A program made the position numbers and the translations under genes. This document shows, piece after piece, positions 1-9,002 of a stretch of DNA of 52,656 nucleotides. This stretch comes from a virus. Lineage: Duplodnaviria > Caudoviricetes. Numbering within the stretch: position 1 is the stretch's first letter; each line of letters starts with the position of its first letter. Under the pieces are notes generated by a model that saw nothing but the letters and a program-made list of their open reading frames with translations, was not told where the DNA came from and ran no database searches. The stretch is from the IMG/VR virus record IMGVR_UViG_3300049893_002244, positions 1 through 52,656 of that record; one strand, 5' to 3'.

Positions 1-8
1 ATATTTAG

Positions 9-242
9 GTGCCCCCCCCTCTTATGGACAAAGCAAAACAAGATATCATCGACTGTGTCGCTCAACTAGGTAAGCGAGCCCAAGAGCTAGGCTATGGCCC
101 TCTGGCAGCTAGCCTCTATGTCGTGGCAGGTAGCGCATATGAAGGTGGAGAATCTGAGGAGATTGTCGCCTATGTGCTGAAAGCATATGCCGAGAGCAGG
201 ATGCGGCAGATGAAGGGTGAGAGCGAGGAAACACAAACTTGA
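9..242 (+). CDS. hypothetical protein
   Basis: ORF; start could be GTG 9 or ATG 24. Confidence 0.6.
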   Translation: MPPPLMDKAKQDIIDCVAQLGKRAQELGYGPLAASLYVVAGSAYEGGESEEIVAYVLKAYAESRMRQMKGESEETQT

Positions 243-249
243 CCTTCAT

Positions 250-456
250 ATGAAAGTGATTCTTCCCAGTAATTGGTTTGGCATATGCATCATGCTGCTT
301 GCGATTGCGCTCGTGATAACCGTTCCTTTCGTGCTGGTTCTTTGGTTGATGCTCAAAGTGGCACCGGCATATGTGGCACTGCCGCTTGCTATGCTGGCTT
401 CACTCGTGTCGTTTCTCGGCACCGTGAAGTATCGCCCGGAGCAGAAGCAGCCTTGA
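250..456 (+). CDS. small membrane protein
   Basis: Two hydrophobic segments; ATG at 250. Confidence 0.6.
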   Translation: MKVILPSNWFGICIMLLAIALVITVPFVLVLWLMLKVAPAYVALPLAMLASLVSFLGTVKYRPEQKQP

Positions 457-483
457 GGTTGATAGGGCCGTTCATGGCCGTGG

Positions 484-606
484 GTCTAGGGTGTTTACCC
501 TATGCTCGATATAGGGTGTTCTATCTATATGTCCATGAGGGGTTTCCGCATAGGGTAAACACCCTAGACATATGTCCATTTACCCCTAGCGACTCTAGGG
601 TGTTTC
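484..606. repeat. 22-bp perfect inverted repeat plus TAGGGTGTT direct repeats
   Basis: gtctagggtgtttaccctatgc (484-505) is the exact reverse complement of 548-569; further TAGGGTGTT copies near 512 and 596. Confidence 0.9.
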
Positions 607-958
607 ATCCCACGGGAAGTGTCAAGTGTAAAAACGGAATGCCTTATGTGGCAACGAGTTGTGCAATGTTATAAGTTGTGAATAACTAACAGGTTGCCAA
701 ATTGTAAAAAATTATAATCGCCCACGAATAATCTGGACATTTTATAAAAAGTGTGCTATACTACTTGAGTCAGGGGGAGTCAAAAATTTCGAGGCATATG
801 TGCAGCCTCCGGTCCCCCACTCTAGGAGTTTCATCTCCGCAACTAGTATCTTCGGAATCGAGTCCTACTCTTTACTATGCATACAGTGTGATGCATTTAT
901 TATAAAAAGTCGAGCATATTCTTTAACTTTTTTCAACCCGCGCAAGTAGTTATATCTC

Positions 959-1141
959 ATGAGCCTCGGACAATCCTACACATCTGAAAACGCTGGCCAA
1001 CTGCGTTCTGCCCTAAACGGATTCAACGACGAGACGCCAATCAAGATAGTGTTCATCAACCCAGTCACGTCTCTCCCAGAAGAACGAGTTGTGACATTCA
1101 CAGTTGAGAGCACTGGTCTGGTGATAGATGTTTCTAGTTGA
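959..1141 (+). CDS. hypothetical protein
   Basis: ORF preceded by TAGTTATA late-type motif; TGA stop lies inside the next TTGAC. Confidence 0.7.
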   Translation: MSLGQSYTSENAGQLRSALNGFNDETPIKIVFINPVTSLPEERVVTFTVESTGLVIDVSS

Positions 1142-1174
1142 CTTTTGATATTTTCCAACCAAGTTGGTTGGACA

Positions 1175-1354
1175 ATGAAGACCATATCCTATGAAGGACG
1201 GCGATACCAAATCGCCTTCATTTTTGGTAACCAAGTCGTCGTTGAACTTCCTCCGACCAAGCGCTGGAGTCAATATGGACGTATGCCCATTCCTTTCAGT
1301 AGCCTCACGAAGCGTCAGCGCATCGCTCTGCGCAAGCTACAAGCCACTGTATGA
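1175..1354 (+). CDS. hypothetical protein
   Basis: Near-leaderless ATG after promoter at 1138. Confidence 0.7.
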   Translation: MKTISYEGRRYQIAFIFGNQVVVELPPTKRWSQYGRMPIPFSSLTKRQRIALRKLQATV

Positions 1355-1587
1355 AAACCAAAACTATCGAATACCACACTTGGATGGTCGTCGCCAAGCT
1401 TATGGACGGCACCACATATTGTTATGGTCACGGCGAGGGTGTTCCCAAGAAGAAAGCCGCCACGCTGTTTGACCGTGTTGTGGCCTTGTCTCCGAAAGGA
1501 ACAAAGGTGAACCTCGTTCATACAGTCAAAACGGAAACGGTCACCACCAACTTGGAAAAAATCACGAAGTCTTCTATCACGGTATGA
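1351..1587 (+). CDS. hypothetical protein
   Basis: ATGA overlap with previous ORF. Confidence 0.7.
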   Translation: MKTKTIEYHTWMVVAKLMDGTTYCYGHGEGVPKKKAATLFDRVVALSPKGTKVNLVHTVKTETVTTNLEKITKSSITV

Positions 1588-1716
1588 ACCCGTCCGAGTC
1601 CATCCAGAGAGTAAATGAGCAGAAGCTCAAGAATTTTGGCACGTAAAGAACGTTCTATACGAACGATTGAAAAAATTGACTTTTTATAAAAAGTCTTCAA
1701 GCTACTCATCATTCAA

Positions 1717-1839
1717 ATGAAGACCATCGACGCAATTGAACAGAACGAGGAATCCCTCGACACTATTCTCCCGCTGGACACAGATGCCGAGCTTGCAGAG
1801 CACTTTGGTATTTTCGTGCCCGCAGATGAGACTTCTTGA
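1717..1839 (+). CDS. small acidic peptide (40 aa)
   Basis: MKTIDAIEQNEESLDTILPLDTDAELAEHFGIFVPADETS, downstream of promoter 1676; below the ORF-track cutoff. Confidence 0.65.
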   Translation: MKTIDAIEQNEESLDTILPLDTDAELAEHFGIFVPADETS

Positions 1840-1869
1840 TATTGTTTAACCGCTAACCAAAATACCACC

Positions 1870-2361
1870 ATGCCCAATCATTGTGACTCCGACCTGATTG
1901 TATCAGGCGACCCGAAGCTCCTTGACGAGATTCTCGCCAAGTTTTTCAACGAAGAGGGAGAACTCAACTGCGATGCCGTGATTCCATATCCCGACAAGTT
2001 CAAGCGGCTCGATGAAGCTGCAAAGAAGTGGGATGACGAAAAGAAGGGTTGGGAAGGCCGTCCGAAGGATGGTTTCAACTCTGGCGGCTACGAGTGGTGC
2101 TGCAACAACTGGGGAACCAAGTGGGGCACATATGACGGCTCTGGCGTCGAGCGCAAGCCTCGCAGCTTCAGCGTTCGCTTCAACAGCGCGTGGGCTCCTC
2201 CGACTCCGGTGGTGAACAAGCTGGCGGAAATGTATCCGACCATCAAGTTCTCCCTCGACGGCTACGAGCAGGGTGCGGCATATCACTACATCGGTCGCTG
2301 GGAGAACGGTGTGCAGACCCGTGATGAGGAACTCAGCTATCGCGGTGGACGTGGTGGTTGA
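1870..2361 (+). CDS. DUF1281/YubB ferredoxin-like family protein
   Basis: MPNHC start, WCxxNWGTKW and FxSAWAPP motifs. Confidence 0.8.
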   Translation: MPNHCDSDLIVSGDPKLLDEILAKFFNEEGELNCDAVIPYPDKFKRLDEAAKKWDDEKKGWEGRPKDGFNSGGYEWCCNNWGTKWGTYDGSGVERKPRSFSVRFNSAWAPPTPVVNKLAEMYPTIKFSLDGYEQGAAYHYIGRWENGVQTRDEELSYRGGRGG

Positions 2362-2398
2362 GCTTGACTTTTCATAAAAAGTCGCCACTGTTGACGAC

Positions 2399-3793
2399 AT
2401 GCTAACCGATACCACCGGTCTTCTGCGTCCACAGATTCCGCACGCCAATACGCTGCTGCGTTCACTCGTTGAAAACGGTTTCGCTCTGGATATGAGCGAA
2501 ACCGGCACGGGCAAGAGCTATGCATCTGCGGCCATCGCCCGGGAACATCGTGGACCCGTCGTCCTCATTTCCCCAAAGGCAGTTATTCCGCAGTGGCTCA
2601 AGGTGCTGATGAAGTTCGGCGTCAAGCCTCTCGTGATTGTAAACTACGAGAAGATTGGACGTGGCAACACTCCTTGGATGAAGTGGAAGAAGCTGCCCGA
2701 CCCGATGAAGCCGTGGAAGGAAGGCGAGGTTGTGGAAATGCCTTTCTTCAAGTTTCCTGCCAACGCTCTGGTCATTCTTGACGAAGGCCATCGCTGCAAG
2801 GGCAATGACACCACCAATGCGTGGATGCTCATCGCGCTCAAGCGTCAGGGATACAAGGTGCTCGTGGCCTCTGCTACTCTCGCGACTACTCCGATGGAAA
2901 TGCGCGCCAGTGGATATCTCAGCGGTCTCCACGCGCTCTACAATTTCAGCGACTTCTGCCGCGTGCATGGTGCTGCGGACGTGGGTCGATATGGTGCTCT
3001 GTCTTGGAATGCGGACAATCCCGAAGCCAAGAAGGCCATGATGCTGCTCAACCAGTATCTCTTTGAAACCAGCAAGTGCGCATCTCGTATGCGCGTGGAA
3101 GACTTTGGAGACCTGTTTCCCGAGAGCCATATCGTGGCCGAGGCATATGACCTTGGTGCGAATTCCAGCAAGGTGCAGGAGGCTTACGAGGAAATGGAGC
3201 GCGAAATCGCCAAGCTGGAAAAGCGCTGTGAGAACTACAGCGAACACATCTTCGCCATCATGATGGCTGCACGTCGCAAGAGCGAACTCCTCAAGGTTCC
3301 TCTCTTTGCGGAAATGGTGGAAGACCTCTTCGACGAAGGCAAGAGCGTTTGCATCTTCCTCAACTTCGAAGACAGCATCGATGCCCTGCGTTCACGTCTC
3401 GTGAAGACGAAGAAGTTCGACAAGCTCATTGGATACATCGTCGGCGGCCAGAACGCTGAGACCCGGCAGAAGCATATCGATGAGTTCAATGCGGACCAGC
3501 GCCGGGTGATGCTCTGCAATATTAAGGCGGGCGGCATCGGTGTGAGCCTTCACGACCTCAACGGCAATTTTCCACGTGCTAGCATCGTGAGCCCGAACTT
3601 CAGCGCTTTCGAACTGGTGCAAGCCCTCGGTCGTGTCTGGCGTCAGGGTGGTTTGACCAAGTCCTATCAGAACATCGTGTTCGCAGCTGGCACAATTGAG
3701 GAGCAAGCTTGCCGACGTGTGCAGGCTCGCATCGACAACCTGTCTACGCTGAACGATGCCGACCTTCGCGAAGGCATTCAGATTTTCGGTTAG
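2399..3793 (+). CDS. superfamily 2 (SNF2/DEAH-like) helicase
   Basis: Motif I ETGTGKS, II DEGH, III SAT, VI QALGRVWRQG. Confidence 0.9.
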   Translation: MLTDTTGLLRPQIPHANTLLRSLVENGFALDMSETGTGKSYASAAIAREHRGPVVLISPKAVIPQWLKVLMKFGVKPLVIVNYEKIGRGNTPWMKWKKLPDPMKPWKEGEVVEMPFFKFPANALVILDEGHRCKGNDTTNAWMLIALKRQGYKVLVASATLATTPMEMRASGYLSGLHALYNFSDFCRVHGAADVGRYGALSWNADNPEAKKAMMLLNQYLFETSKCASRMRVEDFGDLFPESHIVAEAYDLGANSSKVQEAYEEMEREIAKLEKRCENYSEHIFAIMMAARRKSELLKVPLFAEMVEDLFDEGKSVCIFLNFEDSIDALRSRLVKTKKFDKLIGYIVGGQNAETRQKHIDEFNADQRRVMLCNIKAGGIGVSLHDLNGNFPRASIVSPNFSAFELVQALGRVWRQGGLTKSYQNIVFAAGTIEEQACRRVQARIDNLSTLNDADLREGIQIFG

Positions 3794-3880
3794 CCATAAA
3801 GTCCTCCGGGTGTGAGTGGTATCCACCCGGAGGCAAATCTTTCTTGACTTTTTATAAAAATCCATCAACCTGAAAGCACT

Positions 3881-4732
3881 ATGGGACTCGACATTTATCT
3901 TTACCGCTACGACAAGAGCCGTGCGGAAATCGAAAAGGAAGACGCTGCTTGGGAGAAAGTTTCCAGCGAAATTTTCCACAAGCATTTTGACCCCGTTGAA
4001 CAGGCTCGGGGCAAGGACGCCAATCTGACCGAAGCCGAGCGCGAAGCGTGGAAGAAGGAACAGAACCGCGCCGCTGAAGAGTTCGGTCGTGTTGGGGAGT
4101 GGCACGACAATCCCCACAAGCCGAAAATCGAAATCGACTCCGCGCTCTATCCTGAACATATGTTCAAGATTGGCTATTTCTGCTCGTCCTACAACGGCGG
4201 CGGCATCAACAACATTCTCAGCGACCGCATCGGGCAAGACCTTTACAGCGTCATCGGTCTTGACCACAACGAGTATGTCCAGCAACCCGACTGGAACAAG
4301 GTCATCGAAAATTGCGACCTTGCCATCGCCAAGTTCCGCGAAGTGGTCGCGAAGAATCCTTTCAGCTACATCGAGGTTTCTCCGAATATGTTCACGAATC
4401 CTTCGGAGCTTCCCAAGAACGGAGAAGAGGCACTCGAACTCGCTCGCACGACCATCGTGGACCGCAAGCCGTGCGAAATCATGGACGACGGTTTCAGCAA
4501 CCGTGACGGTAGCTGGTATCCGAAGGGTCTCAAGGTCTATGGCATCGTCCCCGGTGTCAATACCCTTTTCGGCAAGGCCCATCCCACGACCTACGTCATC
4601 GTTCGCTGAGAAAAGGATGGCGAGGAACCGTTCAAGTGGTATGTCAATGCCCTTGAAATCGTGAAGGAGACCGCTCAGTGGGTGCTCAAGCAAGAGAACC
4701 CTGAGAAGTATTATCTTCACGTGTCTGGCTGA
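3881..4732 (+). pseudogene. MGLD-type phage protein interrupted by an in-frame TGA at 4607-4609 (nonsense allele, error or readthrough)
   Basis: Frame continues 40 codons past the TGA (EKDGEEPFKWY...KYYLHVSG) to a stop just before the next promoter. Confidence 0.7.
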
Positions 4733-4773
4733 ACCAGCTTGACTTTTCTTAAAAAAACTCAATCATCATCACC

Positions 4774-4977
4774 ATGAACAAGACTCCCTACTTCATTCGC
4801 AACGAGAATGGAACGTTCACGTTCCTCGGCTACTTCACCAACCTCGCTGATGCGCAGGTTGCGCATCTCGGTCTCGGTGACGCCACCGTGGTCGATGCGT
4901 CGTTCCTCTACCGCACCATCGACGCGGCTAAGGACGCCCTGAACAACATGCCGCTGCCGGAAGGCTGCACCAAGTAA
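4774..4977 (+). CDS. hypothetical protein
   Basis: Leaderless ATG 35 nt after TTGAC 4739. Confidence 0.75.
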   Translation: MNKTPYFIRNENGTFTFLGYFTNLADAQVAHLGLGDATVVDASFLYRTIDAAKDALNNMPLPEGCTK

Positions 4978-4978
4978 C

Positions 4979-5488
4979 ATGGGCTACACAACCGAGTTCA
5001 CTGGGCGGTTTGAACTGGACCGTCCTCTCTCCGAGGCTCACGCCGCGTATCTCAATCAGTTTTCTGAGACGCGCCGCATGAAGCGCAACGCTGCGCTCAC
5101 CGAGGCTCGCCCCGACCCCCTTCGCATCGCCGCTGGTCTCCCGGTCGGTAAGCAAGGTGCCTACTTCGTGAACGAAGATGGCTTCGCTGGTCAGGGCAAT
5201 GGTCCCGATGTGCTCGACCACAATCTTCCGCCGAAGGGCCAGCCCGGTCTTTGGTGTCAGTGGGTTCCTTCTGCCGACCGCTCTGCTATTGAGTGGAACG
5301 GTGGCGAGAAGTTTTACTACTACACCGAATGGCTCGAATACATCATCGAGCACTTCCTCAAACCGTGGGGCTATGTGCTGAACGGTGAGGTGGCGTGGGA
5401 TGGTGAGGACCGAGGTGACATTGGCAAGATTGTTGTTGACAACAATTCTGTCAAGGCGCTGAATGGGCGTATCACTTATGGCGACTAA
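4979..5488 (+). CDS. conserved phage hypothetical protein (MGYTT...WCQW...GGEKFY type)
   Basis: ORF with motif pattern recurrent in phage proteins. Confidence 0.8.
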   Translation: MGYTTEFTGRFELDRPLSEAHAAYLNQFSETRRMKRNAALTEARPDPLRIAAGLPVGKQGAYFVNEDGFAGQGNGPDVLDHNLPPKGQPGLWCQWVPSADRSAIEWNGGEKFYYYTEWLEYIIEHFLKPWGYVLNGEVAWDGEDRGDIGKIVVDNNSVKALNGRITYGD

Positions 5489-5744
5489 CGCCTCCAAAAT
5501 CCTGTTCATCAACAAAGCCGGTCAGTCCTCGTTGGTAACAAACTGCGAGTTCTTCGACGGCACCGATGATGAATTAAAGAAGTTCGTTCTTGACACGCTT
5601 AATCTGCTTGGCAAGTCGGCTCATGCATTAATCAAGCGGGGCGACAAGTTTTTTGTTGTTGACCACACCGCCCGCAAGGGTTTGAGTAAGGTGTATTGGG
5701 AACATGAAACCAAGTATCACCCCTACATGAAGGAACTCGTCTAA
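5478..5744 (+). CDS. hypothetical protein
   Basis: ORF coupled to neighbours. Confidence 0.65.
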   Translation: MATNASKILFINKAGQSSLVTNCEFFDGTDDELKKFVLDTLNLLGKSAHALIKRGDKFFVVDHTARKGLSKVYWEHETKYHPYMKELV

Positions 5745-5959
5745 TGTTCATCGTCTACGGTCAACGCTATCACGCTTACGAGCCTTTCGTTCTGACCAAG
5801 GATATCGCCGGTGTTGGTGAGGCCGGTGATGTTCTGGACGATGGTCAACCGAAGAAGATTATCCTCGGGCGTTGGGATGATGAGAAGATTGCGCAGAACT
5901 TTGCCGCCAATATCAAGGCGAGCGTTCCCAAGCGCAGTTGGAATGTTTGGGTAGAGTGA
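5744..5959 (+). CDS. hypothetical protein
   Basis: TAATG overlap with previous ORF. Confidence 0.7.
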   Translation: MFIVYGQRYHAYEPFVLTKDIAGVGEAGDVLDDGQPKKIILGRWDDEKIAQNFAANIKASVPKRSWNVWVE

Positions 5960-6020
5960 TATAAAAAATGCAGATTTCGTCACTTTTTTGTTGACGGTTG
6001 CATATATATCCGTAAAGTTG

Positions 6021-6248
6021 GTCTTGTTCTTTGAGAGAGTTGTCACGACACACACATAAAAGCACCCCTTTGATGAACCCGTGGTGCGCCAATTTCGCGC
6101 CGCCAGTATAATGCAAACGCTGTAAGAAGTGGAAGCAAGAGTAAGGTGGATGAGAAGAGGTAGAGACGTAATGGAGATAGAGATTCCGTTTGTGAAAATC
6201 ACGGGCTGTGGGTAGAATGGAAAATCAGCGGATTTCTGAAAACAAGAC
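6021..6248 (+). ncRNA. putative ~230-nt non-coding RNA with paired ends
   Basis: Own promoter (TTGACG 5991), boxA-like GTTCTTTGA, terminal complementarity gtcttgtt/aacaagac, no credible ORF. Confidence 0.4.
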
Positions 6249-6375
6249 TTGACTTTTGATAAAAGTGTGCTAGAGTGGTGGCTCAATCAGTTCTTTGAAG
6301 GTCTAAGAGTAAGCTGCTGGGAAATGCCGATGTGCCGTATGGCACACAAAACATCCCGACCTATTACAATTTCAT

Positions 6376-6450
6376 GGCAGGGTAGAGTATGTGGTAACTC
6401 AGCACGCTCATAATGTGCCGCAACGGATTCAAACGCCGTCCCTGCTCCCA
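6376..6450 (+). tRNA. tRNA with CAT anticodon (Met or Ile2)
   Basis: GGCAGGG/CCCTGCT acceptor, GAGT/ACTC D stem, GCACG-CT CAT AA-TGTGC, TTCAAAC T loop with one T-stem mismatch, encoded CCA. Confidence 0.85.
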
Positions 6451-6651
6451 ATTTGGACAACAGTCAAGTAGCGACGTTGGTATTATTCCAGCAAGCAAAC
6501 GTGAGTCCAAATCTGCTACAGAAGATAGTCTCTAGCCATCGGGCTAGTTAATATCATCTCTAGCAACAATTTCCGCCTACCATGTGTAGGAGAGGAGTTT
6601 AGCCTTCGTCCATGTGGCGCAGGCCGTTTTCAGTTCTTTAACAATACAATT

Positions 6652-7445
6652 TACGGGGGGTATGACCTCCGACAGCATCGCAAGATGTTGTGAAGATACG
6701 CCAATCGAAAGGTTGGGAAAGGTAGAGCACCCAAGCTCTATCGCCGCTTCGCGGTCAGTTATACAAGCGTAGTCTCTTGGCTTTACCCGTATGGAGTAGA
6801 GCTATGTTCGAAGAGTGATAGACTGTAGCCGTTCAAGTTCCAGAGCCAATCGGTGAGGATATAAGAAGGTGGAACCTTCCGGGGCGGTCTTACCAACATT
6901 CGAGAAAGGAAGATGAAGCGTATGATACATGCTGCGAGGTATTGCAACCGAGTGGTGAGTATCAGTTGGCGATGGTAGCGTTGGCTCGAAAGGGCTGGCT
7001 GTCTATCTTTGACAACCGGATAAACTACATGCAAGTAGAATCTAAGGCGATGGTTCTTATACACTGGCTCAAAAGGTCAGTCGTAGATGCCAGAGCACGT
7101 CGCTATTGGGTATCGCCCGCAAAGGGCACCGAATATTGAATTCGACCATACAAAAGCATAAGCCTCTGGCTCTGTGAACCGAAAAAGGTTTAAGTCCATC
7201 CGTAAGAAGGTGGAGCGCGTTGGGACCGCAAGTCCTGATGTGTTTGATAAGAGAAGTAAGCGTTGTGGGGGTTTAGCGGCCTTCGCACGTTGAAAGTCCT
7301 GTCGAGTAAGTTCACGGTAAACTCTACTGCATGAGTCTAAACTAGCAACCTTGGCCGATACGACCCGCGAGGGCGTGGACAAGCTGGGAAAAAATAATCC
7401 AGCGAAAGTCGGGACCGTTTAGGGTGTAATCTCAACCCGTTGAAA
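6652..7445 (+). ncRNA. giant structured ncRNA, GOLLD-like
   Basis: ~790 nt without a credible ORF, many GNRA-capped hairpins, between boxA and an intrinsic terminator, adjacent to a tRNA in a phage. Confidence 0.65.
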
Positions 7446-7451
7446 ATCTTT

Positions 7452-7479
7452 AGGCCACTCTTAGCGGAGTGGCTTTTTT
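7452..7479 (+). terminator. intrinsic terminator
   Basis: aggccactc/gagtggctt stem followed by a T tract. Confidence 0.85.
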
Positions 7480-7515
7480 GTTGACTATTTATAATCACCT
7501 GTCAACGTAGGGGAT

Positions 7516-7734
7516 ATGGCTAAAACCAAAACCTACCGAATCCCTGTTTCGTGGTCTGTCATGGCCACTATCGAAGTCGAGGCGAAAAGTCTCGCAGAAG
7601 CAATCGAGGAAGCCGACAATCGTGCGCTTCCCACCGACCCGGAATATATCGACGGCTCGTTTGAAGTGAATCGCTCCTTCATCACCGCCGTCAACGAGAA
7701 TCTCTCGGAGAAAGACTTGGAAGAGTGTGAGTGA
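7516..7734 (+). CDS. hypothetical protein
   Basis: Leaderless after promoter 7481. Confidence 0.75.
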   Translation: MAKTKTYRIPVSWSVMATIEVEAKSLAEAIEEADNRALPTDPEYIDGSFEVNRSFITAVNENLSEKDLEECE

Positions 7735-7775
7735 AACGACTTGACTTTTTATAAATCATCGTCCTTAATAACGAC

Positions 7776-8111
7776 ATGAACCTCACTGAACTCGCCACCC
7801 TTCATGGTGTGAAGCTGTCCAAGCCCGATGCCAACCTGCTCGCCAAGCTGGATTCATATGGCATCGTTCTGTCCGACAACCCCACCGCCACGCTGACTGT
7901 GACCAATCCCATTTCTGGTTACAGCGCAGAAGTTCCGCGTCTCGTTGGTTGCCTCGTGAACCTCACCTACAAGCTCATGCAGAGCTACGAACGCAGCCCC
8001 AGCTACCAGATGACCTTCAACGGCCACAAGGTTGCCATCCAAACCTATGACCGGGTGAAGATGCTGGTGCTCAAGCTCGACCCGAAAGTTTACAGCAACT
8101 TCATCGACTGA
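7776..8111 (+). CDS. hypothetical protein
   Basis: Leaderless after promoter 7741. Confidence 0.8.
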   Translation: MNLTELATLHGVKLSKPDANLLAKLDSYGIVLSDNPTATLTVTNPISGYSAEVPRLVGCLVNLTYKLMQSYERSPSYQMTFNGHKVAIQTYDRVKMLVLKLDPKVYSNFID

Positions 8112-8189
8112 GCGAAAAGTCAAGAAAAGTTTTGACATTACAAAGACCGTTGCTATTTATTGGCAACGGTCTTTCTGTTTTTCCTAGCA

Positions 8190-8327
8190 ATGAAAATCTC
8201 CAATCGCAATTCCTTCGGCTTCATCGTTGCTAATCATCCAGTTATCAAGGTGAATGCCACTCCTCAAGTCCCTTCAAATCCTCCGCGCTTCACTGGCCCG
8301 AAGAAGGAATTGAAGAAAAAGTCTTGA
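8190..8327 (+). CDS. small basic protein (45 aa)
   Basis: Stop TGA embedded in the next TTGAC. Confidence 0.55.
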   Translation: MKISNRNSFGFIVANHPVIKVNATPQVPSNPPRFTGPKKELKKKS

Positions 8328-8375
8328 CTTTTGATATGCGTGAGGTCATCGTGTGGCTTCTTCAATAGAAACCAT

Positions 8376-9002
8376 ATGAAAATCCTCACTCGTCTGAGTC
8401 TCGTCGCGGCCCTGCTGTTCGCCGGTGCTGCTTTCGCCCAAGAGCAGTCTGCTCCGAAGCCCCAAGAAGTCGTCGTCCGCATCCAGCAAGATGCCCCGAA
8501 GCCCGCTGCCCCGGCTCCTACCGTCGCTCAGAAGGCGAATGAGTGGGTGGACGTTGGCACCAACCTCGGCACCGCGTTCGGTGCGGCTGCGAAGAGCATC
8601 CTGCACGAAACCCGTGACGCCACGTTCGGCAAGGACGTTTCCCTTGTGGATGGCATCGACAAGTTCAGCAAGACCGAAGCCGGTCGCTTTACGATGCTCA
8701 TGGTGGGCTGGAAGATTATGGGCAAGGACGCCGTGGATTTGCTCGACCGTGTGAAGAACGTCGCCATCGGTGTGCCGTTCCTTATCGGCTGGTCGTGGCT
8801 CTTCATCTGGTTCTACCGTCGAAACTTCATGACTTACAGTGTCAAGACTGGCTCCACCGGGCCGTTCTGGAACAAGACGCACACCTACAAGGTCGTGAAC
8901 GAGGACAACGATTTCAGTGACGGCAAGAGCGCAGGCGCAGTGATTTCCGGCCTCGTGTTCGCTGCCATCACCCTCGGCATCGCCATCAATGTCATCTTTT
9001 GA
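8376..9002 (+). CDS. exported/membrane protein
   Basis: Signal peptide ending AFA-Q plus two C-terminal TM segments. Confidence 0.8.
   Translation: MKILTRLSLVAALLFAGAAFAQEQSAPKPQEVVVRIQQDAPKPAAPAPTVAQKANEWVDVGTNLGTAFGAAAKSILHETRDATFGKDVSLVDGIDKFSKTEAGRFTMLMVGWKIMGKDAVDLLDRVKNVAIGVPFLIGWSWLFIWFYRRNFMTYSVKTGSTGPFWNKTHTYKVVNEDNDFSDGKSAGAVISGLVFAAITLGIAINVIF

Noticed and set aside
273-674. 133-aa ORF across the left repeat element
   Set aside because: Overlaps a better ORF and the inverted repeats, with implausible composition.
820-870. Possible hammerhead ribozyme on the minus strand (GAAAC present)
   Set aside because: The CUGAUGA core is absent.
4607-4609. TGA reassignment or selenocysteine
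   Set aside because: TGA terminates dozens of other genes exactly at cassette ends, and no SECIS-like hairpin or Sec machinery is evident.
2462-4762. Long minus-strand ORFs (e.g. 2462-3247, 3392-4762) and similar ones throughout
   Set aside because: Antisense shadows of codon-biased plus-strand genes; they lack motifs and promoters.
6655-6680. GGGGGGTATGACCTCCGAC resembles a tmRNA 5' end
   Set aside because: No matching T-arm/CCA 3' end or tag ORF within the expected ~350-400 nt; the structured region runs ~790 nt to a terminator.
5741-7382. ORF-track entries inside the RNA loci (5741-6286, 6783-7064, 6942-7139, 7077-7382; likewise 12270-12799)
   Set aside because: Atypical codon usage, no cassette promoter-ATG geometry, and overlap with boxA-led structured RNA.
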